Shown: one piece after another, positions 41,819 through 52,039 of the stretch | How positions within the stretch are numbered: position 1 is the first letter of the stretch | How the letters are laid out: each line of letters begins with the position of its first letter | Assembly (NCBI GenBank): GCA_963663165.1 | Contig: OY760175.1 | Location: forward strand, 5,344,001 to 5,408,000 | Source: an uncultured Desulfospira sp. | Lineage (GTDB): Bacteria; Desulfobacterota; Desulfobacteria; Desulfobacterales; Desulfobacteraceae | DNA length: 64,000 nt | Direction of reading: 5' to 3' | Program-made: the position numbers and the translations under genes | Notes under the pieces: model-generated | Told to the model about the DNA's origin: nothing | The model's database searches: none | Seen by the model: only the letters and a program-made list of their open reading frames with translations

Positions 41819-44194
41819 TTGGCAAAATCAAAAGCGGAAAAACGCAAGCTCAAACGCAGGCAGAAGCAGGTGCAGGCCAGGCAGGTCAGGGCCGGGCAGG
41901 CCGCCGCAGACAAAGGGTGGTTTTATTATGAAGAAGCCTGCTATTATCATGATGTTCTAAATTTTCCCCAGGCGCTTAAATTTGTAAAAAAAGCGCTCAA
42001 GCTGCTCCCGAAAGAAGATAAGGTGATCCGCTTAATGGGGCAGATAGGCCTGTCTTCCCGCGACGACCAGGCCCAGCTGGATGCCTTTGACTGTCTTGAG
42101 AAAATCGAAGAATTACCGGATGAAATGCAGTTTGCCCGGGTTATTTTTTTGGTCAATCTGGAGAAATATGAACGCTGTCTGGAATTGGCTGAACCCCTGC
42201 TTCAAAACTTTAAACAGCTTAAAATTGACGACAAACGTGTAAAAAAGGCCACCATCAAAGATATCATCAGGCATTGTGAGCAAAGGGTGGCAGCGGACCG
42301 GGAGCGTGAAGACACCATCCGGCAGGTAAAAGAAATTTTAAGGCAGCAAACCCTTTTGGATGAAGCCCGCGCCAAACTCGGGGATGATATGGACGCCCCG
42401 GTTTCCCCAACACCTGAACCGCTGACGGGCCAGCCGGGTAAACGGAAAGCGCCTGAGAAACCGGCCTCGGTTCCTGTGACGGTAAACATTGACAAAGATG
42501 CCTTTGCCACGGCCCTGGCCGGGACACAAACCGTCGGCCCCGATCTGTATGAACTGGCGCTCATGAGTCATGAGATCCGGTTTGCGGAATCCTTTGAAAC
42601 CCTGATCTGCCTGCCGGGCTTAAGCGAAATCCAGTCCTTCTGGTATCAGGAGGAGACAGCCAAAAAAGTACTCAAGCAATTTCGGGGGCGGGCCCTGCTC
42701 TCGGATGAGGTGGGCTTGGGCAAAACCATTGAGGCACTGATCATCCTGTCGGAGTATTTGCGCCGGGGCATGGTGAAAACGGCGCTGATCCTGACACCGA
42801 CGCCGCTGGTCTCCCAGTGGCAGGCTGAGATGGCTTCCAAATTCAACCTCAAGGTACCGTCAACCGACAGTCCGGAATTCAAATCCGGGGATAAAAATTT
42901 CTGGGGCCAAAACCTTGTGGTGGCTTCCATCAACCAGGCAAAGTCAAAGAAAAACCAGGATCTGATCACCAGCCGGGAATATGACATGGTGATTGTTGAT
43001 GAGGCCCATCATCTGAAAAACAAATCCACGTTGAACTTCAAGCTGGTCAATGCCCTGAAGAAAAAATTTATCCTTTTGCTGACCGCCACGCCTGTGGAAA
43101 ACAACCTCATGGAGCTGTACAACCTGATCACCCTGCTTAAACCGGGGCAGCTTGAGACAGCCACCTCTTTCAGGGAACGGTTCATGAAGCGCGGCGACCC
43201 CACAGATCCGCAAAACAGGGAAATGCTCAAACATCTGCTAAGCCAGGTGATGATCAGAAACACCCGGGCCCTGGCAGGGATTCATATTCCGCCCAGGTTC
43301 GCCAGCACCATCCGCATTCCGCCCACAAAGGGCGAAACCGTTTTTTATGAACGGCTCCAGGTCCTTTTACACCGGCTTAACGATGAAAAAAAAGGGCAGG
43401 CCAAACTGATGATTAAAAATTTACTGGCCCAGGCCGGATCATCCCCCAAGGCTGTGGAAGCCACCCTGGACCGGATGCTTGCCAACCGGTCCTGGACACT
43501 GGAGATTGAAAATGAGATCAAAGCCGTTCGAAACCTGTGCCGGACAACGGTGGATACCCCTAAAAACATGGCCTTGCTCAGGCTGGTCAAGGCGGACAAA
43601 GAAAAGCTCATTGTCTTTGTAAAATACACGGCAACCCTGGAACATCTGTCGGAATTTCTGGAATGGAACAATGTGTCGTTTGTTCTTTTCCACGGCGGCA
43701 TGGCCAATGAGAAAAAAGATGCCGCCATCCAGGCGTTCAGGGACAACGTCCAGGTGCTGGTCACCACGGAAATCGGCGGAGAGGGGCGCAATATCCAGTT
43801 TTGTTCCCGGATGGTCAATTATGACCTGCCCTGGAACCCCATGAAAATTGAACAGCGGATCGGCCGAATCCACCGCATCGGCCAGGACAGGGAGGTGCAG
43901 ATTTACAACTTTTGCGCCCAGGGTTCCATTGAGGATTACATCCTGGACATTCTGGACCGGAAAATCAACATGTTCGAGATGGTCATCGGAGAGATTGACA
44001 TGATCCTGGGCCGGGTAAGAGGCGAAAAGGAATTTTCGGACATGGTCTGTGACATCTGGGTGGATTCACAAAGCCCGGAAGAGCGAAATCAGTCCTTTGC
44101 CAAACTGGGCACAAAACTGAAACGGGCCAAAACAGGGTACGAAAAAACAAGGGAACTGGACGGCAAGCTTTTTGGAGACAGCTATGAGCTATAA
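41819..44194 (+). CDS. SNF2-family helicase (YqhH-like) with TPR-like N-terminus
   Basis: DEVGLGKT, VDEAHH, TATP, GGEGRN, EQRIGRIHRIGQ. Confidence 0.9.
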   Translation: MAKSKAEKRKLKRRQKQVQARQVRAGQAAADKGWFYYEEACYYHDVLNFPQALKFVKKALKLLPKEDKVIRLMGQIGLSSRDDQAQLDAFDCLEKIEELPDEMQFARVIFLVNLEKYERCLELAEPLLQNFKQLKIDDKRVKKATIKDIIRHCEQRVAADREREDTIRQVKEILRQQTLLDEARAKLGDDMDAPVSPTPEPLTGQPGKRKAPEKPASVPVTVNIDKDAFATALAGTQTVGPDLYELALMSHEIRFAESFETLICLPGLSEIQSFWYQEETAKKVLKQFRGRALLSDEVGLGKTIEALIILSEYLRRGMVKTALILTPTPLVSQWQAEMASKFNLKVPSTDSPEFKSGDKNFWGQNLVVASINQAKSKKNQDLITSREYDMVIVDEAHHLKNKSTLNFKLVNALKKKFILLLTATPVENNLMELYNLITLLKPGQLETATSFRERFMKRGDPTDPQNREMLKHLLSQVMIRNTRALAGIHIPPRFASTIRIPPTKGETVFYERLQVLLHRLNDEKKGQAKLMIKNLLAQAGSSPKAVEATLDRMLANRSWTLEIENEIKAVRNLCRTTVDTPKNMALLRLVKADKEKLIVFVKYTATLEHLSEFLEWNNVSFVLFHGGMANEKKDAAIQAFRDNVQVLVTTEIGGEGRNIQFCSRMVNYDLPWNPMKIEQRIGRIHRIGQDREVQIYNFCAQGSIEDYILDILDRKINMFEMVIGEIDMILGRVRGEKEFSDMVCDIWVDSQSPEERNQSFAKLGTKLKRAKTGYEKTRELDGKLFGDSYEL

Positions 44195-45290
44195 TGAAAA
44201 TGACCGGGACCGAAATGACCGGAACAGGCATGAACACATTAACGCCATGGATTTTGCCTGCCGTTTTTTTAAAGCCCGGGGCGGGGTGGTGGAGGACCGG
44301 GGCCTGACCCGGGATATCCTGCTGCCCGAAGCGGCGGCCCGGACCCTTGGCATGGATGAATTTTTCCGGGTGGGGCCTGAAGATGTTGTGGAACAGGGCC
44401 GGTCAACGGTCCATGCCGTGCAGCTGCACACCCCGTTTCTTGACCGGATGCTTACCCTGGCAGGGGAATCTTCCCCGTTTGCCCGGGCTGAATTGAAATT
44501 TGACTATATCAAAACCCAGGGGTTTGACCGGCTCATTTCAGACCGGTTTCAATTCCACAAGTCCAAAGTCCGGGTGATGAAGACCGGCGAGGCAAGAACC
44601 CGGTATCTAATGCTTACCTGCCGGTACACGGCCCAAAGTGATGAGATAAAACAAGGCCTGGTGGAGATCTGCGTCAACCTGGATACCGGTGTGGTGATCC
44701 CGGACATGGCTGCCGGCATTTCCAATGTTCAAAAGGCATTCAGCGTCAAAACAGCCGGGGGGTTAAATGAAAAGGAAATTGAAGGGATCCGCAAGATTGT
44801 CTTCCGATATGGGCAGGACCTGGTAAAAGACCGGCTGGCCTCATTTGTTGAGAGCATGAACCGGCGGTTTCAAAGGGATACGGCAAGCCTTGAGGCATAT
44901 TACCAGGCACTTGAAACCGAGATGCGGCAAAATCTTGGCAGGACCGGACTTTCAAAGGACCTGATCAGGGAGCGGAAAGAAAAGATCGCCATGATTCCGG
45001 ACGAACTGGCAGCCAAGAAAAAAGACCTGCTCAACAAGTACGGCATCCGTATTGATTTTAAACCGGCCGCAGCCCTGCACCTGACCTGTGCCTGTGTAAC
45101 GGTGTTTGCCCGGCTCATATCCGGCCGCAGCCATACGGATTTTACCCTGACCTATAATCCCGTGACCAAGGACATGGACCCGGTGGCCTGCCGATCCTGC
45201 GGTGCCGGCACCTATGGCCTGGGACTGGCCCCCAACCGGCACATCACCTGCCCGGAGTGCCTGGGCCTGCATCTGACTTTTAACGAATAA
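44184..45290 (+). CDS. YqhG-like partner protein with C-terminal Zn finger
   Basis: Overlaps the helicase stop; coiled coil (LEAYYQAL); CRSC...CPEC. Confidence 0.6.
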   Translation: MSYNENDRDRNDRNRHEHINAMDFACRFFKARGGVVEDRGLTRDILLPEAAARTLGMDEFFRVGPEDVVEQGRSTVHAVQLHTPFLDRMLTLAGESSPFARAELKFDYIKTQGFDRLISDRFQFHKSKVRVMKTGEARTRYLMLTCRYTAQSDEIKQGLVEICVNLDTGVVIPDMAAGISNVQKAFSVKTAGGLNEKEIEGIRKIVFRYGQDLVKDRLASFVESMNRRFQRDTASLEAYYQALETEMRQNLGRTGLSKDLIRERKEKIAMIPDELAAKKKDLLNKYGIRIDFKPAAALHLTCACVTVFARLISGRSHTDFTLTYNPVTKDMDPVACRSCGAGTYGLGLAPNRHITCPECLGLHLTFNE

Positions 45291-45296
45291 AGTTGA

Positions 45297-46508
45297 TCAA
45301 TACAAAAAACCAAACAAATGCAGGGGAATTTCATACCGTGATCCAAAAAGGATTCCATCCTTAACAAGAAACGCCTGGTCCAGGTTATCTTTTATCTGCT
45401 TTTTTTCCTTGTTTTTTCCCCCGATTTCAAAAAAAACACCGTTAACCTCAAAGTCGCCGGTTTCGCTGTAATGAATTTTGAAACCTGCATTTTTCAGCAT
45501 CCGGATAAAAAATATCTCCCTGACGGTTCCAAGCTGGGCGGCAAACCCTGTTTGGTCAACAACGGCTGCATAAATATCAGGATTATCCAGATAAATTTTC
45601 TCGGTCTGCTTGAGCAGGCCGCCACCGGATTTATTCTTTTTAAACAGCTCGGCAAGTCCGCTTTCATGCAGAATATTCAAATAATTGTTAACGGTTTTAT
45701 TATCCACACCCAGGTGCCCGGCAATGCTGTTCCGGTTCAGGGCCTCCGGCGGGACAGCACTAAGATAAGAGATGATTCGTTTAAAATAATGCAGATTTTC
45801 CGTTTTTAATTTGTAAAAGTTTGCGATATCCTCAAACACGGTTTTTTCCATTACCCTTAATATTTTCTGGTGATAGGTTTGCCTTCCTTCCAGATGAAAC
45901 GGGTAATACCCCTGCCCCAGGTAGGTCTTGAAATGGCCTTTAAGCCTATTGATTTCAGCAGTTTGTTCCTCAAGATCCAGGCGGTTGCCCAACAAAGACT
46001 CAAGCTGAACCGGGGCCATATCGGCAACCTGGTTAAACAGCAGGTACTCCCTGAATGACAACCCTTCAAGGCGGTAAAGCACCCCCCGCCTTGACAGGTC
46101 GTGGCTTTCCCTGACAAGATCAATGCTGGAACTTCCCGAAAAAACAATCCGGATCCCGGGATAGGCATCATAAATATTTTTCAGTTCCTGGCCCCAGTTG
46201 GCGTACTTATGGATTTCATCAAGGAAAAAAAAGTGGATTCCATACTCCTCAGACAGCTCACTGACAAACTCAATCAACAGCCGGTTTGAAAAATAGATAT
46301 GGTCCATTGAAACATAAATACAGTCATCCGGGTCCTGAATCTTTTCTTTGATATATTGAAGCAGGAGCGTGGTTTTCCCCGTTCCCCTGGGGCCGATCAG
46401 GCCTGTCAGCCGATTGTCCAGGTTAAAAGAATCAAAAAGATACCGGTGGTGGGGATATTGTGTAGCATTCAGCAGCCGCTTATAGGTCTGGATAAAATAA
46501 GGTATCAT
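45297..46508 (-). CDS. AAA+ ATPase (AAA_14/DUF4143-type)
   Basis: GPRGTGKTT, LDEIHKY, SGSSS, FEIGGK. Confidence 0.85.
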   Translation of the reverse strand: MIPYFIQTYKRLLNATQYPHHRYLFDSFNLDNRLTGLIGPRGTGKTTLLLQYIKEKIQDPDDCIYVSMDHIYFSNRLLIEFVSELSEEYGIHFFFLDEIHKYANWGQELKNIYDAYPGIRIVFSGSSSIDLVRESHDLSRRGVLYRLEGLSFREYLLFNQVADMAPVQLESLLGNRLDLEEQTAEINRLKGHFKTYLGQGYYPFHLEGRQTYHQKILRVMEKTVFEDIANFYKLKTENLHYFKRIISYLSAVPPEALNRNSIAGHLGVDNKTVNNYLNILHESGLAELFKKNKSGGGLLKQTEKIYLDNPDIYAAVVDQTGFAAQLGTVREIFFIRMLKNAGFKIHYSETGDFEVNGVFFEIGGKNKEKKQIKDNLDQAFLVKDGILFGSRYEIPLHLFGFLY

Positions 46509-46727
46509 TTGGAGTTCATTCCTGTTTTTTATTCATTTTTCTGGAGTGTACTCCAAATTATCCTGTTTTGCAATTCAAGAAGAAAATTTAAACGGTTACC
46601 TGCTGCCAAGGTCCTCAAAATTCTGTATCAGGTTTCTTGTCTCTTGACCAATCCTCTCTAATCGAGGCAATCGTTCTGACGCCGAACAAGATCCATGGAC
46701 GGCTTTGGAGTACGCATTTTATGGCCC

Positions 46728-47125
46728 CTATAGACTGATCTTTTGTCTCGCATGATTGGCCTCACCTTTTAAAATATCCTCGGAGATCAGGGAAAAGGCT
46801 TTTCCACAAGTTTGAAAATTCGGCGTGCTGATCCAGTTGATTGAGTTAAATTGTTCAACCGGAAACAGACGAAGCATCCGGCTGATTTCAATGGGGTCAA
46901 CCCAGAGGTCTTTTTCCCTTGCTTCGGTTACGACCTCTTTCCAGTTGAAATCATAGGCGTTTGAGATAAACAGGATGTCCGCATAATCCTTTGGTTCCAT
47001 CCGGCTCAGTGCGCACAGTTTGTTTGAAAGAATATTGCGCCAGTCGTCAATGTCCCCAAACCCTTCCCGATTGGTGATGCAGCCAAAATGAGCAGCCACA
47101 TCATTGACCATATCAATTTTCAGGG
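46728..47125 (-). pseudogene. 3' part of an AbiEii-like nucleotidyltransferase, cut by an IS
   Basis: LKIDMVND...NILSNKLCAL.R.EPKDYAD; the ORF-track N-terminus lies inside the IS end. Confidence 0.6.
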
Positions 47126-47253
47126 GGGTGCAATCCCATTTAGTGGCATGAACTGACATGTATCCAATTTTTCCGTTTTTCATGCTGCATTGAATACTCT
47201 GCCCTCCCAAAAAAAGCTGGACTCCTGGCTCATGAAAGGTTATATAGATTTGC

Positions 47254-48126
47254 ATGAGCAGGACTTTAACCATTCAAGGACGTGAATTTTCAGAAGTTGA
47301 TATACAAACGATACGCCATTTGATTAACGACAATCCCGCCTGGCACCGCACTCGTTTATCCAAAGAATTGTGTGCTCGCTGGGATTGGCGCACGGAAAAA
47401 GGTCTGCTCAAGGACATGGCCTGTCGAAGCATGCTGAGAAAACTTGAGCAAAAAGGGATGGTCACACTTCCCGTTGCCCGTCATAGCGGTAACCGTCAGC
47501 GGCGTATTCCCGATGTCCCCCATGATTGTAAGCCGATAGAAACCACTTTGCGTAAGATCCGCCCGATACAATTGATACCGGTATCGGGCCGTGGAGATAT
47601 TGATGATTTATTCCATTGCCTTATGGATCGACATCATTACCTTGGGTGTAAAGGGTATGTCGGAGAACATATGAAGTATATGGCTTTTGATCGCAATTCT
47701 CGTCCGGTTGCCTGCCTGCTTTTTGGCTCAGCAGCATGGAAAACGGCCCCTCGTGACCGATTCATCGGTTGGGATAGGTCGGCTCGTCGCAGGAACCTGC
47801 ATATGACGACCAACAATACCCGATTTTTGATTTTGCCATGGATTCGAATTCCCCATCTTGCCAGTCATATTCTGGGTTCATGTCTTAGGCGGCTGAGCCG
47901 GGACTGGACAGCTAAATATGGTCACGATATCTGTCTGGTAGAAACTTTCGTGGATCGATCACGCTTTGCCGGAACTTGCTACCAGGCGGCAAATTGGCAA
48001 AAAATTGGTCAAAGCAAAGGGCGAAGCCGTCAAGACAGGCACCACAGACTTCAGGTGCCGATAAAAGACATCTATGTATACCCGTTGACTTCCAATTATA
48101 AAAAGCAGCTATGCACACAAACTTGA
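47254..48126 (+). CDS. DUF4338-family protein
   Basis: HHYLG, AAWK..PRDRFIGW, NNTRFLILPW, ETFVD..RF.GTCY.AANW. Confidence 0.85.
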   Translation: MSRTLTIQGREFSEVDIQTIRHLINDNPAWHRTRLSKELCARWDWRTEKGLLKDMACRSMLRKLEQKGMVTLPVARHSGNRQRRIPDVPHDCKPIETTLRKIRPIQLIPVSGRGDIDDLFHCLMDRHHYLGCKGYVGEHMKYMAFDRNSRPVACLLFGSAAWKTAPRDRFIGWDRSARRRNLHMTTNNTRFLILPWIRIPHLASHILGSCLRRLSRDWTAKYGHDICLVETFVDRSRFAGTCYQAANWQKIGQSKGRSRQDRHHRLQVPIKDIYVYPLTSNYKKQLCTQT

Positions 48127-48183
48127 GGGTTTCAGTCATCGAAATGACAGGTAATTTTTCAACCTGCAATTCGAGGACTGATC

Positions 48184-49584
48184 ATGAAACTTGCTTCCAC
48201 TATAAGGGATATTCGAACCCTTCTAACAAAAGCCGTAGCTGATTTCCAAAACCATCAAAATGCTAATATCCTGTGTGAGCAGGTACGGAACGGCCTCTTC
48301 ATTATTGTGGAAGCATTTCTGATTCCCGTCATTGAAAAGGCACTGTCTGACCCGGATCTTTTATCTGAACTGAAAATTGGTGCCGGTAAAAAGGGACTGC
48401 GTTTCAACGGATACCGCCCCAGCAGCATTCGATTATTGACAGGAACTACCCTGAGCATCCGATCCCCTTACTTTTCAAAAGTTGTTTCCAAACAACGGCC
48501 AGGCCCTAAAACAAAAAAACGACAAAAGGGGACAGGCCGCCATTTTGGGCTTGATTACCTTGGTTTTATCGGCAGGTGTTCAACGCTGTTCGCTTCGTCG
48601 GTGGTCCATGCAGCATTGCTCTGTCCCTCTTTTGAAATTGCCCGAAGATCCCTGGAAAACCATGCAATCAACTTAAATGTCAAAACCATACGCCGCATAA
48701 CAATGAATCTTGCACAGGAAGCTATGCCCCTGCGTGGCCGGGTATCTTTTGGAGATACTGATCGCGTTGGTGGCAAAACGGTTCTGGTTTGTATCGACGG
48801 CGGTCGCCTTCGAGAACGGAGGCCAAAACGGGGACGTAAATCAAAAGGCCAAAAGCGGCAGGGATATCATACTGAATGGAAAGAACCCATTCAGTTTGTC
48901 ATACATATTGTCGATCCGGACGGCACAATATCCAAAAAACACTTGCCGGTTTATGATGCCACAATGGGCGGTATTGATGCCGCTTTTGATATTCTTGAGA
49001 TCTACTTGCGTGAATTAGATATTCCCAAAGCCAAGCGTGTTGTTTTCTGCTGTGACGGTGCACGTAGCTATTGGAAGCGAACAGGCCCGCTGGCCAAACG
49101 GCTTGAAATCGAATCCTATTATGAGGTAATCGACTACACCCATGCAAAACAGAATTTACATGAAATCGTGGACAAATTGCCAAAGAGAATCCCTATAAAA
49201 GAAAGAAACCGGATAGCAGAATCTTGGAAGAACCTCCTTTGGGATGGCAGATTCAAAGACCTTAGAAAAGAAATTGTAAAACACATTACGTACCCTAAAA
49301 GGCGCATAGAAGCACTATCCAAATTTAAAAGTTACTTCGTGAAAAATCGAAACAGAATGCAGTATCGCCAGTTCCGCAGCCTGAAAATACCTACTGGCAG
49401 CGGCTGTGTTGAAAGTGCAATACGTCGGGTTATAAATCTCAGAATGAAATCACCGGGTATATTCTGGAAACCGGAAACATCCGAATCAATGTTGTTCTTA
49501 AGGAGTCAGCTCCTTTCCGGGAGGTGGAACATCTTGACTGACAATATCTTCATACAAATTCGGTCACTTTGCTTAGGCCACTAA
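48184..49584 (+). CDS. DDE transposase (ISKra4-like)
   Basis: IDGGR, DGA..W, IDYTHA, GSGCVES, R.K.PG.FW. Confidence 0.85.
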   Translation: MKLASTIRDIRTLLTKAVADFQNHQNANILCEQVRNGLFIIVEAFLIPVIEKALSDPDLLSELKIGAGKKGLRFNGYRPSSIRLLTGTTLSIRSPYFSKVVSKQRPGPKTKKRQKGTGRHFGLDYLGFIGRCSTLFASSVVHAALLCPSFEIARRSLENHAINLNVKTIRRITMNLAQEAMPLRGRVSFGDTDRVGGKTVLVCIDGGRLRERRPKRGRKSKGQKRQGYHTEWKEPIQFVIHIVDPDGTISKKHLPVYDATMGGIDAAFDILEIYLRELDIPKAKRVVFCCDGARSYWKRTGPLAKRLEIESYYEVIDYTHAKQNLHEIVDKLPKRIPIKERNRIAESWKNLLWDGRFKDLRKEIVKHITYPKRRIEALSKFKSYFVKNRNRMQYRQFRSLKIPTGSGCVESAIRRVINLRMKSPGIFWKPETSESMLFLRSQLLSGRWNILTDNIFIQIRSLCLGH

Positions 49585-49663
49585 ATGGGAATGCACCCCT
49601 TCGATTATTGAAATCCCTTGGAAATTTTCTGCCCGGTCTTACCGGTTCTATAGTCCTGACAAA

Positions 49664-50638
49664 GGATAGGAACTTGCTTTTTACCAAGCAAGATATAACA
49701 AAAGTTGAAAATATGATCAAGAGCTGGAATATGGCCCCAACAGGGAACGGCTACAACATGTTGTAGCCGTTCCCTGTTGGGGCCTCGTCGCCTTAACGGT
49801 TGTTTGAAATAAAAAGAATCCTTGAAGAGAAAAATAAGAATTGGGCCTTTGTGTTATTGAAAAAGTGCTAAACAGCTATTTTTTAGGCCATTTTTGAGCA
49901 TACCCCACCGGAAATCCCCTAAAGCATCAAAATTAATGCCAGCCACTGACAGGGATTTGAGAGTCAGAAAAGTCATAAACCAAATCAGGAATAAAATCGG
50001 AAATAGCTGATTCCGGCGGATCATGGTTGCGTATATCCCAAAGTCCAAGATGACGTAAAATTTTTTCGATAAGGTATAGCTCCTCAATGAAGGCTACTAT
50101 TTTCATGGAACCCTCGCATTTGGGGCATATAAGAGGATCAACCTCATAAATTTTCTGGATTAACCGTGCCCAATTCTGCTTGGCTTCCTTAGAAGATAGC
50201 GTGTTTGGCATGATTGTTGGAATTGTCTCGTCAGCCTCAGCCTTTTTTCTCATTCCCCTGGATTTGTTAGAAAAGTGACCGTAGTATCTTACCGTATGCT
50301 CATATCTTTCTGGGATATGTGTCACCAGCCGAGCCAACCAATCCAAAGCATTAAAAGCTTCCTGACTTTTCCTGTCTTTTGATGTATAAACCACCTTGGC
50401 AATACCATCTGATGCTTCTTCAGCAGGGATATATACCATTCGTTCCTGACTGAAACATGCACGTATGATGTAGCGGGCCAGATTGCCAAGGCCTGCTTTA
50501 TCATCAGGTTCAATTTTGTCTCCAATATAAACACTAAACCCGGAATGATGCCAGGAAAGCATGTTTTCAATGATATCATCATTAATTTCCCCCTCTTTCT
50601 TGAGCATTTTCAGTACTTCATACCGAAATGCTTCTTTA
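49664..50638 (-). mobile_element. 3' half of an IS91-family element (transposase C-terminus 49933-50638 plus ori end)
   Basis: HSGFSV, LARY, RYYG..SN, WARLIQKIYEVDPLICPKC; end AAAAAGCAAGTTCCTATCC resembles oriIS. Confidence 0.8.
49733..49784. repeat. Perfect 52-bp palindrome
   Basis: GGCCCCAACAGGGAACGGCTACAACA followed directly by its reverse complement. Confidence 0.95.
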
Positions 50639-50856
50639 TACCTCCTGGCATTCTCATGCAAACGCAGACAATTCTGTCCCTCCTGCCATCAAAAACGGGT
50701 TGTGGAATACGGCGAGTGGCTGCTTTCAAATGTACTCAAGGATGTGCACCACCGGCAGTGGGTGTTCAGCATCCCCAAACGGCTGCGGATCTATTTTCTC
50801 TTTGACCGGAAGCTCTTGGCTAAGTTGTCTGTATGCGCCTGGAACGTCATCAAAAG
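50639..50856 (+). pseudogene. IS91 transposase N-terminal Zn-binding fragment in inverted orientation
   Basis: AFSCKRRQFCPSCHQKR...HRQWVFSIPKRLR. Confidence 0.85.
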
Positions 50857-50861
50857 GTATC

Positions 50862-51013
50862 GGGTGCATTCCCATTTAGTGGCCTAAGCAAAGTGACCGA
50901 ATTTGTATGAAGATATTGTCAGTCAAGATGTTCCACCTCCCGGAAAGGAGCTGACTCCTTAAGAACAACATTGATTCGGATGTTTCCGGTTTCCAGAATA
51001 TACCCGGTGATTT
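50862..51013 (-). mobile_element. Inverted partial copy of the right end of the ISKra4-like element
   Basis: Reverse complement of 49447-49598. Confidence 0.9.
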
Positions 51014-51225
51014 GGTCCTGTCGGAATATCTTTCCGTGCGAACATTCTTCTATAAAAATGAGTATCGCAACGCCCTGTTTATCTCGAAAAAAGGAAACCG
51101 CCTGGCCGTTCGTACCATGGAGGACAACTTTAAAAAAATCGTTTTGAAATCCGGCCTGCAAACCCGGTTCAACGTATCCTGCCACACCCTGCGGCATTCT
51201 TTTGCTTCCCACCTCAATGATAAGG
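51014..51225 (+). pseudogene. Tyrosine recombinase internal fragment
   Basis: ALFISKKGNRL...CHTLRHSFASHL. Confidence 0.8.
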
Positions 51226-51983
51226 CTCACATTCCACACCCCTAACAGGGATATATCTGGAATTTTGAAATAAGATCTTTATCTGTTTGTTCAGTTGGTT
51301 AAGATTTCTGACTACCTTGAATAGAATTCACACACTGAATCGTATTTAGCCTAGATTTTTCTAGCAAGTTCTATTATGATCAGTCCTCAATGAAAAAACA
51401 GCCATTGAGGTGAGCATGAAAGATTTTCCCGCAGTTGATGGATTTACCGTTGAACATCTTCCGATTATTACAGCGTATGCCCAAAAAATAGGGATAGTTG
51501 ATATTATCAACACGCTTATTCCAACACAGATGGCTATTGATGCCGGCACAGTGATTCTTGGAATGGTTCTTGACACCCTGACCGGGAGAAGTCCCCTTTA
51601 TAAACTGGATAAATTTTTTGAACATCAGGACACCGAACTTCTTCTGGGCAAAGTGGTCGATCCATTAAGCTTTTCAGATTATACTGTTGGCCGAGTTCTG
51701 GATAGAATTCACGACTATGGGTGTTATCGCCGGTGATCAAGGTCACCACCTTTGCCGGCAACGAACCGTCCCCACCTGTGATATATTGACTTGTCAGGGC
51801 TTTTCGCAGGTGTAATATTTGAGGGAAGATACCATTCTCATTTGTATCGATAATTTGCAACACAATCAGCTAAAACAAGATATATTAATGGAATAGCGCC
51901 ATAGCAATCAATTTGGTTGCAGTAAAGCACCTGCGGTTGGAAGAACACGCTCACCAACAGGCGTCAATCCCGATTTTGGAAGT

Positions 51984-52023
51984 AAAAAAGCCGGGTTTTA
52001 TACGAGGACGTATAAAACCCGGC
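51984..52023 (-). terminator. Intrinsic terminator after istB
   Basis: 15-bp stem GCCGGGTTTTATACG with a 4-nt loop, then T6. Confidence 0.8.
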
Positions 52024-52039
52024 AGATGTGAAGAGATGG

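Larger units (their letters stand above)
47126..49598 (+). mobile_element. IS element (ISKra4-like) with DUF4338 passenger gene
   Basis: TIRs GGGTGCAATCCCATTTAGTGGC / GCCACTAAATGGGAATGCACCC; no TSD seen. Confidence 0.85.

Noticed and set aside
47254..48126. Druantia defence system (DruA is DUF4338)
   Set aside because: The gene lies inside IS terminal repeats and no other dru genes are present
49599..49663. N-terminal half of the AbiEii-like gene beyond the IS
   Set aside because: The joined frame hits a stop after about 13 codons; another frame resembles an IS4 transposase tail
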